Source: Candidatus Poribacteria bacterium (GTDB lineage Bacteria; Poribacteria; WGA-4E; PCPOR2b). Taken from it: a stretch of 64,000 nt of DNA. Shown here piece after piece: positions 40,801-50,629 of the stretch. The notes beneath the pieces are model-generated. The model was given only the letters and a program-made list of their open reading frames with translations, ran no database searches and was not told the DNA's origin. The position numbers and the translations under genes were made by a program. Within the stretch, counting starts at the first letter, position 1; every line of letters starts with the position of its first letter. Where the stretch lies: the NCBI GenBank assembly GCA_965218095.1, contig OZ244587.1:1600001-1664000 (forward strand), written 5' to 3'.

Positions 40801-41508
40801 TCACCAGGCGGGTTTCCCCGAACTCCAATTCCAATTGTCGGGCGGCCAGACATTGGCGCCTGTGATAATATCAGCGTTGTCCTCTAGAGAAAAGCCGGGG
40901 GCATACCAGTCTTTAACCGTCTCAAGCCACCGCTCAAAATGCGGGGTTCGGAGATGGTAGTCGAAAGCCGCTCTATTGACGTAGACCTCGTACAGGTAGA
41001 GTTCGCTAGGATTCTCCTGGTTTTGGAAGACGTCAAACCGCAGACAGCCGGGCTCTTCGTTGACCGAGCCAATTGCATCCAGACACAGGGCGTCTATAAA
41101 ATCCTGCACCCAATCGGTGTTGACCAGCAATGGCGCATGTATGACGAATAACCCTCCGTTGAACGCCGCACTCTCCGCGGCAGATGAACGCGCAGCATCC
41201 CAACTGGCGTCGCCTGCGGGGAAGATGAGCCTGCACTTTGAGACCCCAATCCCCTCTGCGACCCAATCCGCGCTGGTCTCCCGCCATTTGAGAAAATGCG
41301 GCCGGCTCAAGTGATCTTCCACCGCGGCGGCATCATTATAGACTTCGCACAGACCAAGCTTTGTCGGTTCATCCACATCTTGAATGATGTCAAAGCGCCG
41401 ACAGCCGGGCTCATGCAAAACCGAACCTTCAGCATCGGCAATCATTTCGCGAATATAATCCTCCAGGTGTTGCGGTTTGACGCGTATTCTCACCATCAGA
41501 ATTTCCAT
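40801..41508 (-). CDS. Tandem two-domain antibiotic biosynthesis monooxygenase (ABM, LsrG-like) protein
   Basis: Two copies of EPGC.RFD..Q..LYEVY....H...PHF..W. Confidence 0.88.
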   Translation of the reverse strand: MEILMVRIRVKPQHLEDYIREMIADAEGSVLHEPGCRRFDIIQDVDEPTKLGLCEVYNDAAAVEDHLSRPHFLKWRETSADWVAEGIGVSKCRLIFPAGDASWDAARSSAAESAAFNGGLFVIHAPLLVNTDWVQDFIDALCLDAIGSVNEEPGCLRFDVFQNQENPSELYLYEVYVNRAAFDYHLRTPHFERWLETVKDWYAPGFSLEDNADIITGANVWPPDNWNWSSGKPAW

Positions 41509-41651
41509 GATTTCCTCCCTTTCTTCAATTGAGTGGATCAAACTGTACTATATACCGTCCACCGCCAGAAATTGAATTTTTTGGAGAGCCGATCCTTGCG
41601 AAGGTTTCAAACCTTCGCAAGGTCTCAAAGCGCAATTTCATGCGATACTAA

Positions 41652-41780
41652 GAGCCTATCTAAAAAGTCTGGGGGCAAACATCAAACCAACCCCGATTAG
41701 GACAGCGTTGGTGTCCAAAATGATGAATTTTTCGGCAATGCCCATAAACACTGAGTTAATTTGAATTATTAGATAGGCTC
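41652..41780. mobile_element. 129-bp MITE with IS5/IS1031-like TIRs and TAA duplication
   Basis: TAA|GAGCCTATCTAAAAAGTC ... GAATTATTAGATAGGCTC|TAA (16/18 inverted match). Confidence 0.75.
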
Positions 41781-42073
41781 TAAGTATAAATCTTTGAGAC
41801 CTCGCATCGGAACTGGAAAATTAACATTGCAAAAGTGTCCCCGATCCATTGGGGAATTCATGGGTTCATTGAACTCTTGAACTCAGATCCTTGGTCGTTG
41901 GATCGATACGCCAAATGGGACAGATTTTCTCATACAAATTCCTGATCGATCTGGATTGGCAAATCCAGATCGGCCGTTTGATTTGCCAATCCAACGGGAG
42001 CGTGGGGAATTTCTAATTTTCTCACGAGTTTAGTGACAGTACATTCGGTAAAGATCGTATGATGCGGCGTCAA

Positions 42074-44053
42074 TTACGCGATTTTCTCCCGGACGACATG
42101 AGCGCCTTCGTTAATCGCATCAAAGAAATTCCGGACATTAACACAGTCTCCCACCTCGTAAACCTCACACCGCAGGTCAGCAGCTTCAATATCCCGCTTG
42201 AGTTCCTTTCGTGGCGTATAACCACGACTGATTATCAAACTATCAATGTGGTGAGACTCCTCCACCCCGTTGTTCGTAACAAGAACGACGCCCTTTTCGT
42301 TAACCCGCTTCAGTTCATGACTGCCCAGCACTTTGGCGCCGGCATCCCGAACCCCTTTGATGAGCATCGCCAAGTTGGTGCCGTGTTCCTTTAAATTGAT
42401 GACATCGGCTTCGCTTCGGCGGGAAACCAGAACGACATCCCGTCCGTGCTGTGCGGCAAACCACGCCACTTCATATCCGACGAGTCCCGCTCCTAGCACC
42501 ATAACCCGTTTGCCGATGTTCATCTCGTCCCAACGCACTATTGCATCAATTGCGGTGACAGCATTGTCTCTGCCAATCCCGGGAACATCAGGAATAATTG
42601 CCTCGCTGCCCGTCGCAAGGATAACCACATCCGGGTTATCATCTTTTAATATATCCAGCGTAACGGTCGTGCCGGTCCGAACCTCCAGACCAACCTTCTG
42701 AATTTCCGCTATATAATAACGGAGAAGGCGTTTAATATCCCACTTGAAATCGGGAATCGACGCTGAAATCATCTCCCCACCAATCATATCGTGTTTTTCG
42801 TACACCACCACATCATGCCCCATCTCTTTGGCGCGCAAGCCGGCCTCAAGACCGCCCGGCCCCGCTCCGACGACAACCACTTGCCTGGGCGAATCCGTTT
42901 TCTTGAATTCAATCAGTTTCTCTCTGCCCACGATGGGATTCGTCGTGCACTGCACGCCGCCCCGATCCATGACCACAAACGTGTGGCAAAAATTGCACCG
43001 AATACAGGGAATGATATTCTCTCCCGCATGCGCTTTCTTTGCCCAATGCGGATCAGCAATCAGCGTGCGGCCGAGGGCAACCATATCGGCACACCCTTGT
43101 GAGATGATTTCTTCTGCATGCACCGGATCGGTAATGCCACCCGTGGCGATAACAGGCACTTGAGCGCCATCCCGTTTGATCTCTTCCGCCAGATCGACCA
43201 GTGTATTGGGTTTGATATAAAGCGGCGGCACAGATGGATGGGTACATTCTACAAATCCCTTGACCTGCATAATCGTTGAAGAAGTGGTCGCCACATGCAG
43301 GTAGGCGACGCCGAGATTCTCCATGTACTTCGCGATCTGTAGATGGAGGTCATCTGTCACGTTTTCGTCGTACCGGTCATTCACGCCGCCGTGGAGATGC
43401 TCATGCGCACTGAACTTAAAACCGACCGGAAAATCTTCACCACAGACACCCTTGATCCCTGTAACAATCTCAGTACCAAAACGCATACGACGTTCAAAAT
43501 CGCCGCCGTAGGCATCATCCCGCCTGTTTGTGTGGGGAGACATAAACTGTCCGCCGAGATAAGAATGCGCACAGTGATACTCCACCCCGTCGAAGCCGGC
43601 CTTCTTCGCCCGTACTGCCCCCTTTATGAATGCTTCGATAACCTTTTTAATATCATCAACGGTCATTTCGCGGGGAATTTCGGTATAGAGTTCGCTTTCG
43701 ATAGCCGACGGCGCGAACGGCGCAACATAAGATTTCCCGCCCAGTACGGCGATTTGCATGAATATTTTGGATCCGGCAGTCTTCACCGCTTCTGCCAGGC
43801 GCGCGATCCCTGGAATAAATTTATCATCCCAAACCGATGTGGTAATCACACGCTGTTCGGGCCACACCGAAGTAAATTCAGTGATAATCAGGGCTGTTTC
43901 GCCTTTTGCCCGTTCAACGAGAAAATCGATATAACGGTCTGTAACTTGCCCTTCCGGTCCATGCAGCCCCACATCGAGAGGCGCTAAAACGACACGATTC
44001 TTTAATTCCACTGAATCAATCTTTATGGGAGAAAAAAGATGGGGAAACAACAT
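42074..44053 (-). CDS. NADH:flavin oxidoreductase (old yellow enzyme plus FAD domain; enoate/dienoyl-CoA reductase-like)
   Basis: LKNRVVLAP, AGFDGVEYHCAHSYL, TNRRDDAYGG, CIRCNFC..C, GAGPGG, GAGLVG. Confidence 0.92.
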   Translation of the reverse strand: MLFPHLFSPIKIDSVELKNRVVLAPLDVGLHGPEGQVTDRYIDFLVERAKGETALIITEFTSVWPEQRVITTSVWDDKFIPGIARLAEAVKTAGSKIFMQIAVLGGKSYVAPFAPSAIESELYTEIPREMTVDDIKKVIEAFIKGAVRAKKAGFDGVEYHCAHSYLGGQFMSPHTNRRDDAYGGDFERRMRFGTEIVTGIKGVCGEDFPVGFKFSAHEHLHGGVNDRYDENVTDDLHLQIAKYMENLGVAYLHVATTSSTIMQVKGFVECTHPSVPPLYIKPNTLVDLAEEIKRDGAQVPVIATGGITDPVHAEEIISQGCADMVALGRTLIADPHWAKKAHAGENIIPCIRCNFCHTFVVMDRGGVQCTTNPIVGREKLIEFKKTDSPRQVVVVGAGPGGLEAGLRAKEMGHDVVVYEKHDMIGGEMISASIPDFKWDIKRLLRYYIAEIQKVGLEVRTGTTVTLDILKDDNPDVVILATGSEAIIPDVPGIGRDNAVTAIDAIVRWDEMNIGKRVMVLGAGLVGYEVAWFAAQHGRDVVLVSRRSEADVINLKEHGTNLAMLIKGVRDAGAKVLGSHELKRVNEKGVVLVTNNGVEESHHIDSLIISRGYTPRKELKRDIEAADLRCEVYEVGDCVNVRNFFDAINEGAHVVREKIA

Positions 44054-44105
44054 AGGGTGTCTCCTGTAGTATAAAATTAGTTACTCAGAATCCGGTCATG
44101 AACGG

Positions 44106-44912
44106 TTAAGTTTGAGGCACCTCAAGATAGCCCAGTTCCCGCATCCGATCTATCCAGTGTTGGCGTTTGGGACTTTTTTCAGGATTTGCAAGCCAATGCG
44201 GGTGGTATTCCGGTCCGGGCACGTCAAAAGTATTCTGTGCCAGCCTCGCTCGGAGTTGGACATTTTCGACCGCCGCTTTTTGGGTCGCCTTCTCCTCCTC
44301 AGGGGTCTGGGGATTCTTGTCGAAAATAATCGAAACCATCTGGCGGTCCGTCGAACCACCCCAACTGGCATGCCAGAGGTGAAAGTCGAAGGCGACCACA
44401 TCGCCTGGCTCCGTCTCGCAGATATAGGCGGGAACATCACAAATGCCGCCCCCAGATTTGCTTAGATTTTGGTGCACTTCATCGTGAAAGGACCGCTTAT
44501 GCGACCCCGGAATGAACCGCAGTGCGCCGTTGTTCGCACCAAGGGGTTGCAGGTAACAGGCAAATTTGAGACCGTGTATATGGAAGTCAGATGCATCAGG
44601 ATGCCAGCGAGTCTCATTAACATAACTACCGGCATTGCAAGAAAGTCCAATGGCATTTTCCCCGTAAAGTTGCTCTGCCACCCCGCGGATGCGCAAGTTT
44701 TCCGGCAACCGAGCTAAGAAGGGGGTCTCCGGTCCCAGATTGGGCCAACTCATATATGTGCGGCGGTCGTCAGGTAAAGTATAGCGTTTCGTAGACGCAA
44801 ATCTCAGTTTAAACTCAGCATTGATGGTTTTCAGTTCCTCCGGACTGAACACTTGCTGGAGAATCAGAAATCCGAAGATTTTAAAGTGGCTGACTTGCTG
44901 TTCTGTGAGCAT
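44106..44912 (-). CDS. PhyH family dioxygenase
   Basis: FKIFGFL, WHPD, GALRFIPGSH, LWHAS. Confidence 0.92.
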   Translation of the reverse strand: MLTEQQVSHFKIFGFLILQQVFSPEELKTINAEFKLRFASTKRYTLPDDRRTYMSWPNLGPETPFLARLPENLRIRGVAEQLYGENAIGLSCNAGSYVNETRWHPDASDFHIHGLKFACYLQPLGANNGALRFIPGSHKRSFHDEVHQNLSKSGGGICDVPAYICETEPGDVVAFDFHLWHASWGGSTDRQMVSIIFDKNPQTPEEEKATQKAAVENVQLRARLAQNTFDVPGPEYHPHWLANPEKSPKRQHWIDRMRELGYLEVPQT

Positions 44913-45138
44913 TATGTTCCTCCCTGCTGCATCATAGCCTAAACTTTGGCTGTCTCGGCAGATGGTCTCGTTGTAAGCGTAGCTCCGAAGGAGTCCGGAG
45001 TCCTTCGGACTTGCTCCCCTTCAACGGCGGATCGACCCGCACCCCATTTCGCAGACCTCATCCCCCACGGATTCGGTTTAAAGACTCACCGGAATCCGTG
45101 AACACTTCTCGGAAATTCAGATAAAAACCGATGAAGTC

Positions 45139-45987
45139 TCAAGGCATAACCGCCTCTTCTCCGAGGTGCTTCTTGATCCAGAGCTTCAGCGGCACGTCTC
45201 CATCGGTCGGGGACGTATAGCCGTGCCCACCGGTGCTGGCACCCAGCAACTGCTGTCGAATCGGGTCACAGTGGTCCATAATGTGGTCTACGGTCATGTT
45301 GTCTCTCGGCCGCAACCACCGGTAGCTGTATCCGTAGAAAAGCACCTTGCGCGTAATGTCCGAGTAATTTGGACTCCGGGAGTGCCAGAGTCGCCGATCG
45401 AAAATAACCGCCGTGCCGGGCGGCACACAAACGGGGGTTGCCGCTTCCGGATCCAAAACGTCATCGGGGGGAAACTCCAGCTTGCTCTGCAGATGGGTTC
45501 CGGGAATGACGTAGAAATTTCCCCTGCCCGGCTCAGTCGTATCGGAAAGAAAGTAGGCGACTTTGACGGAGATTCGCGGTCGGGGATCGGTTTCCAACTC
45601 GGTGTTCAAACGCCCGCTGTCCTGATGCCAACTTAGCCGCTGCTCCTCCTGCTCTGCGTCGGGCGCCGGCGGGGGTGTGACATCTATGTGGGTGAGGTAG
45701 AGTTGGATGTTCCATCCGAGTATCCCACACACTTTGGGGAATGTCCTGGGCCAATCGAGCAGTTCCAGAAAGATTTCATCCTTTCCCACCAAGTCCAACT
45801 GGTGCAGCCAATCGTGGGCAGCCATCTTCTCCTCTGCCCGGGTTTGGGCGTCAATCTGGTCCACTACCGCCTCAAGGTCAGAGACCATCTGTGGCGGTAG
45901 GGCATCAGGGACGATTAAGAAACCGTTCTGCTCGAATTCTTCGCGTTCGTTTTCCATCAGGCAATAATTCAAACACGCCGTGTCCAT
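45139..45987 (-). CDS. PhyH family dioxygenase
   Basis: FEQNGFL, WHQD, VIPGTH, LWHSRSPN. Confidence 0.92.
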   Translation of the reverse strand: MDTACLNYCLMENEREEFEQNGFLIVPDALPPQMVSDLEAVVDQIDAQTRAEEKMAAHDWLHQLDLVGKDEIFLELLDWPRTFPKVCGILGWNIQLYLTHIDVTPPPAPDAEQEEQRLSWHQDSGRLNTELETDPRPRISVKVAYFLSDTTEPGRGNFYVIPGTHLQSKLEFPPDDVLDPEAATPVCVPPGTAVIFDRRLWHSRSPNYSDITRKVLFYGYSYRWLRPRDNMTVDHIMDHCDPIRQQLLGASTGGHGYTSPTDGDVPLKLWIKKHLGEEAVMP

Positions 45988-46099
45988 ACATGCCTCCTGG
46001 TATATTAATTCTTTTTAGAATTCAGCTTTTCCAAACGTTGACCTCGACAAGAGAGCGGATAATCTACCAATCCTGAAGCGCACCCATGCGACACATTAT

Positions 46100-46152
46100 G
46101 AACCGGTTGAAACTTTTCACGCTAGTAAAGCGTGAAAAGTTTCAACCGGTTC
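46100..46152. repeat. Perfect 24-bp inverted repeat with 5-nt loop
   Basis: GAACCGGTTGAAACTTTTCACGCT-AGTAA-AGCGTGAAAAGTTTCAACCGGTTC. Confidence 0.95.
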
Positions 46153-46557
46153 CCTGTCAGTTTTTCGCAAGAAAACTTGTCAGAGCGCGATTTAAGACAT
46201 TTTGACCAGGCTCTATTTTTGCGCGCCTGACAAGAGTATAGGCTTCTGCATTATATCACAAGAAAGAGTAATTTGCTAGTACATAGCGGTAGAAGTTCGT
46301 AACCAGGTGACGATTCCCCGTAGAGTGGATCCGATTCTCGGACGAGCACGGCAGAGCCTGTTCTGATTTATCAGGGAAGAAAGGGAAGGAAGGGAAGAAT
46401 GGAGGGAAACGTCTTCTGTTCCTTCCCTTCCCGACTTGACACCGAGTCATGATAAAACCTCAGTTTATGGCCTATGTGAGTATATGCCGATGTGCACTTG
46501 AGTGTGACAAAAGCCCCCAAACGTCAAATTCGGGTTGAACAGAAACCGTGAAAGGAA

Positions 46558-46586
46558 TTGACTTTTTTGCGAACTTCTGCTATAAT
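46558..46586 (+). promoter_or_regulatory. Strong sigma70-type promoter
   Basis: TTGACT-17 nt-TATAAT with TG extension. Confidence 0.75.
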
Positions 46587-46623
46587 GTCGATTGCAAATC
46601 ACCCCTGACGTTCGATGGAAGGA

Positions 46624-46791
46624 ATGAATATTATGATGCTTACCTTAGTTAACCAAAATGGCCTCGTTGCCATTCCCACTAAGCCCCTTAGAGAACTTAA
46701 TATCAAAGATGGGGATTATCTGAAAATCGAGCTGAGAGATAGAGGTATCTTTCTTTGTCCACCTTCCCCAGAGGACTCTAAAAGAGTTTAA
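46624..46791 (+). CDS. AbrB/MazE/SpoVT-family small DNA-binding protein (possibly frameshifted, original end near 46852)
   Basis: Manual translation MNIMMLTLVNQNGLVAIPTKPLRELNIKDGDYLKIELRDRGIFLCP; below the ORF-track cutoff. Confidence 0.65.
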   Translation: MNIMMLTLVNQNGLVAIPTKPLRELNIKDGDYLKIELRDRGIFLCPPSPEDSKRV

Positions 46792-46885
46792 CCCCGAACA
46801 GAGTCGTGAAACATTGCGTCGCCTCATGGACGAGATGGGAAAGACCGCTTAGTATGCCCGTTAAGGGAGTCTGAGATTCACAAAC

Positions 46886-47713
46886 ATGGAAGATCTTATG
46901 AACCGGAAACGACTGGATGGACAAATCGCCTGGATCAGCGGTGGCGCTTCGGGTATGGGTCAAGCCACCGCCGAGCTCTTCGCGGAGGAGGGGGCAAAGG
47001 TCGCTGTGGTAGACATACAGGCCGAGCGCGGTCAGAAGGTTGTCGAGGCAATCGCCGGTCATGGCGGTCAGGCCATTTTCCTCGAATACGACGTTGCCCA
47101 GGAGGATGCGGTGCGCCAATCCATCGAGAAGACGGTTGAGGACTTTGGCGGCTTGCAGATTATCGTGAATTGTGCTGGCGTTGTCCATGTTGCACCTCTG
47201 CATGAATACTCCGATCAGGAGTGGGACCACCTGATGGACGTTAACGTCAAATCCATCTTCTTCTCTATCAAACATGGACTTTCCCACCTGCGCAAGAACC
47301 CACGCAGTTACATGGTGAACATCGGTTCGGTCGGCAGCTTCATCGGACAAGCCCAAACTCCGGCCTACATCACTTCCAAGCACGCCGTGCTCGGGTTAAG
47401 CCGATCTATCGCACTGGACTACGCCGCTGACGGGCTGCGTTGCAACTGTGTTTGCCCAGGTATCACCGACACCCCAATGTTGCGCTTCCACCTGAACACG
47501 ACGCCCGACCCCCAGACCACGCTGGCTAACCGCCTCCGCCGTGTGCCGATAGGCGTCGCCATCACACCGATGGACATTGCCAGAGCGGTACGCTACCTCT
47601 CCTGTGAAGACTCCGCCGGCGTTACCGGCACGTCGTTGGTGGTTGATGGCGGCTATATCACACCCGCTGAGTGGGAAACCTCGGGGCAAACGAAATTCAT
47701 GGAGCCGCTATGA
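46886..47713 (+). CDS. SDR family oxidoreductase
   Basis: SGGASGMG, VNCAG, YITSK, VVDGG. Confidence 0.92.
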   Translation: MEDLMNRKRLDGQIAWISGGASGMGQATAELFAEEGAKVAVVDIQAERGQKVVEAIAGHGGQAIFLEYDVAQEDAVRQSIEKTVEDFGGLQIIVNCAGVVHVAPLHEYSDQEWDHLMDVNVKSIFFSIKHGLSHLRKNPRSYMVNIGSVGSFIGQAQTPAYITSKHAVLGLSRSIALDYAADGLRCNCVCPGITDTPMLRFHLNTTPDPQTTLANRLRRVPIGVAITPMDIARAVRYLSCEDSAGVTGTSLVVDGGYITPAEWETSGQTKFMEPL

Positions 47714-48570
47714 CACTCAAACTTGCTTGTGCTGACTTTACCTTCCCGTTATTGCCTCATGATCAAGTCTTTCAACTGATTGCCATGCTGGAGTTCACAG
47801 GTGTGGATATCGGTCTGTTCGAGGAACGCTCCCACCTCTGGCCGTCCCGCGAGTTCGACAACCTAAGCCAATCCGCGCGACGACTGAAAAAGAAGCTGGC
47901 CGACCAGGGGTTGGAGGCGGCCGATGTTTTTCTTCAAATGGGGTTGGACTTCAGGCCCTATGCCATCAACCACCCCGAAGCGTCGCGACGGGAGAAGGCT
48001 CGCACCTGGTTCCTCAAGACGCTCGACTACGCTGCCGAGTGCGAGTGCAAGCATGTGACAGGCTTGCCCGGCGCGCACTTCGAGACGGAGTCGTACGATG
48101 ACTCCTATGCCCGCGCGGTTGACGAACTGAACTGGCGCGTTGACCAAGCCAAGGGGTACGGCATCATCTTCGGCGTTGAGGCCCACATTGGCTCCATCGT
48201 TCCCCGACCGGAACCCGCCGAGAAACTGGTGCAGCATGTCCCTGGCCTGACGCTGACCTTAGACTACGCACACTTCACGCGAATCGGCCTACCGGATAAG
48301 GTCGTGGAGCCGTTGGTTAAATACGCAACTCACTTCCACGTTCGCGGTGCTCGTCAGGGACGATTGCAAGAAACCTTTGCCCGCAACACAATCGATTTCA
48401 AACGGATTTTCGAGTTCGCGCATGCCGGCGGATACGGTGGCTGGTTCGGGATTGAGTATGTCTGGACCGAATGGGAGAACTGCAACGAGTGCGACAATCT
48501 GTCTGAGACGATTCTCTTCCGGAACTTTGCCCGATCGCTGGCTGACTGTACACAAGCAGGCGCTTTATAA
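47710..48570 (+). CDS. Sugar phosphate isomerase/epimerase family protein
   Basis: ATGA overlap; GVEAH, TLDYAH, HFHVR, GIEY. Confidence 0.85.
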   Translation: MTLKLACADFTFPLLPHDQVFQLIAMLEFTGVDIGLFEERSHLWPSREFDNLSQSARRLKKKLADQGLEAADVFLQMGLDFRPYAINHPEASRREKARTWFLKTLDYAAECECKHVTGLPGAHFETESYDDSYARAVDELNWRVDQAKGYGIIFGVEAHIGSIVPRPEPAEKLVQHVPGLTLTLDYAHFTRIGLPDKVVEPLVKYATHFHVRGARQGRLQETFARNTIDFKRIFEFAHAGGYGGWFGIEYVWTEWENCNECDNLSETILFRNFARSLADCTQAGAL

Positions 48571-48596
48571 AAATTACCAAGGAACTGGGGGGATGA

Positions 48597-49766
48597 ACGA
48601 TAACCAATTTTGACTACTTCTACGGAGGCCATGTGGAAATGGAGAACATGGGTTTCCAGGGCATCCGTGTTGATGATAGGACGGAGGCGGACGAGCACCT
48701 GGCCTCTGTGTTCGACGAAGCTCGGGCGATCGCTCAGTTAATGGACCAGTTGAACTTTGACACCCTCTGGCTTGCGGAGCACCACTTTCAGCGCGAGGGA
48801 TACGGCGGCATCCCGAATATACCCATGCTCAGTGTCTATCTCGCACAGATTACCGAGAGACTCAAGTTCGGTGGCTTTTTTAATACCGTTCCCACATGGC
48901 ACCCGCTTCGGTTGGCTGAAGATTTCGCCGTAGCAGACGTCCTTACGCAAGGCCGTGTCAGGTTCGGCATTGGCCGGGGTTACATCGCGCGAGAGGTAGA
49001 GACGCTGGGGTCGCCGCTTGATGATGACGCGGCAAACCGGGGGTTATTCGAGGAGCAGGTCGAGATCATTTTCAAGGCTTGGAACGAGCAATCTTTCTCC
49101 CATCGCGGGGTGCACTACGACCTCCCGGCCAGGGTTCTAAACCGGGGGCGGGAACTGAAGGAGATCACGCTTGTGCCCCGTCCCTTCAAGCGGCCCGTGG
49201 AGTGCTGGCAGCCCATCTTCAGCGCCAGTCCGCGAGGCATTGACTTCATGGTCAAGCACGGTATCAAAGGTGTCGTCCCCGGAGGCACCCGCGTTGATGA
49301 GATTGCTGCAAAGTGGAGAGAAGCGCAGTTGCGTTCCGGGCGTGACACTGAACTCGGAGAGGACTTGGCTCTCGTCCTACAAATACATATCGCCGACACC
49401 CAGGAGAAAGCCATTCAGGAGGCGTCTATCTGGTTTGAGGAGCAACTCAAAGTGCTAGCACCATTGGGAAGGATGCCCACGCTTACCGAGGAGCAGATTC
49501 AAGCGACTTTCAACCCGGAAAAGGCACCGCTGGCCGGGCTTCCGACCGTTCACGATTTGGTTCGTGGCGGTGGATGGATATGCGGACCGCCGGCGCACGT
49601 TTTTGAAAAGATTTCAGAAATCCAAGAAAGATTACCCGGACTGGAGCGCGTGACTATAGGAGCCGGTGCTCTAGCGATCCCTCCCAGCGTCATCCGGCAG
49701 GATATCGAGTGGTTCGGCAAAGAGGTATTGCCGAAGTTTCAGGGTGCATCGGCCGCTACGTCTTGA
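48597..49766 (+). CDS. LLM class flavin-dependent oxidoreductase; apparent start is ACG at 48597 (first standard start GTG 48633)
   Basis: LWLAEHHFQREGY, WHPLRLAED, FGIGRGY; upstream in-frame (M)ITNFDYFYGGHV. Confidence 0.8.
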   Translation, partial: TITNFDYFYGGHVEMENMGFQGIRVDDRTEADEHLASVFDEARAIAQLMDQLNFDTLWLAEHHFQREGYGGIPNIPMLSVYLAQITERLKFGGFFNTVPTWHPLRLAEDFAVADVLTQGRVRFGIGRGYIAREVETLGSPLDDDAANRGLFEEQVEIIFKAWNEQSFSHRGVHYDLPARVLNRGRELKEITLVPRPFKRPVECWQPIFSASPRGIDFMVKHGIKGVVPGGTRVDEIAAKWREAQLRSGRDTELGEDLALVLQIHIADTQEKAIQEASIWFEEQLKVLAPLGRMPTLTEEQIQATFNPEKAPLAGLPTVHDLVRGGGWICGPPAHVFEKISEIQERLPGLERVTIGAGALAIPPSVIRQDIEWFGKEVLPKFQGASAATS

Positions 49767-49796
49767 ACCGCAACCATTACGAACAAAAGGATCTAC

Positions 49797-50606
49797 ATGA
49801 TAAATCGATACAAAACTAATCATACAAAAGCTGCGCTTCTCAGGGGTGAAACCGTCACGGTCCCAGAAATTAATCGGGTATCTAACTCTATCGTTGTTGA
49901 AGTGCTTGCTCAAACCGGATACACCTGCGTGTGGATAGACATGGAGCATAGCCACCTTGATTTGGATGGTCTATCCAATATGATTTTGGCTGCGCGAACG
50001 GTTGACCTCGATGTCATTGTTCGTATTCCCCATGGGCCCTACAACCAGGTTATCAAAACACTAGAACTGGGAGCCAGCGGTCTGATTTGGCCACACTGCA
50101 AAAGCGCAGATGAGGCACGTCAGTTTGTCCGCATGGCAAAGTTTCGACCGCTCGGCTTGCGTGGTATGGGTGGGGGTAGAGATTCTCAATTCGGCAAGCT
50201 CGCGCGTAAAGAGTATTTGGACCAAGCCAACGAACACACTTTGCTCGGCGTGATGATCGAAGATGAAGAAGGGGTAGACGATGTCGAAGCCATCGCCGCA
50301 GTTGAAGGAATTGACCTGTTGTTTGTTGGCCCCGGAGACCTCTCGCACAGCTATGGCGTGGAACGCGATGCGGGTCACCCGATTACTCAGAAGATAGTTC
50401 TTGAGGCTTTCGACAAAGTGGGTGAGGCCTGTCGCGCTCACGGGGTAGCAATGGGCACAGCGGTCGATCCAGGCGAGCCAATGCGCGCTGTCGTCAAGAA
50501 AGGAACTCGCTGGCTTAACTGTTGTCACGATGTCACTGCCCTTATCAACGGTTATAGCCATGCCCTGCAAACTACCAAGGACATCATAAGGGAATCAAAA
50601 AAATAG
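49797..50606 (+). CDS. HpcH/HpaI family class II aldolase
   Basis: WIDMEH, VRIP, KFRPLGLRG, VMIED, FVGPGDLS. Confidence 0.92.
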   Translation: MINRYKTNHTKAALLRGETVTVPEINRVSNSIVVEVLAQTGYTCVWIDMEHSHLDLDGLSNMILAARTVDLDVIVRIPHGPYNQVIKTLELGASGLIWPHCKSADEARQFVRMAKFRPLGLRGMGGGRDSQFGKLARKEYLDQANEHTLLGVMIEDEEGVDDVEAIAAVEGIDLLFVGPGDLSHSYGVERDAGHPITQKIVLEAFDKVGEACRAHGVAMGTAVDPGEPMRAVVKKGTRWLNCCHDVTALINGYSHALQTTKDIIRESKK

Positions 50607-50629
50607 ATAATTCTGAGAGGAGAACAAAA

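Noticed and set aside
46295-46325. RNQVTIPRRV, an AbrB-like peptide
   Set aside because: No start codon or RBS, and the similarity covers only about 10 residues
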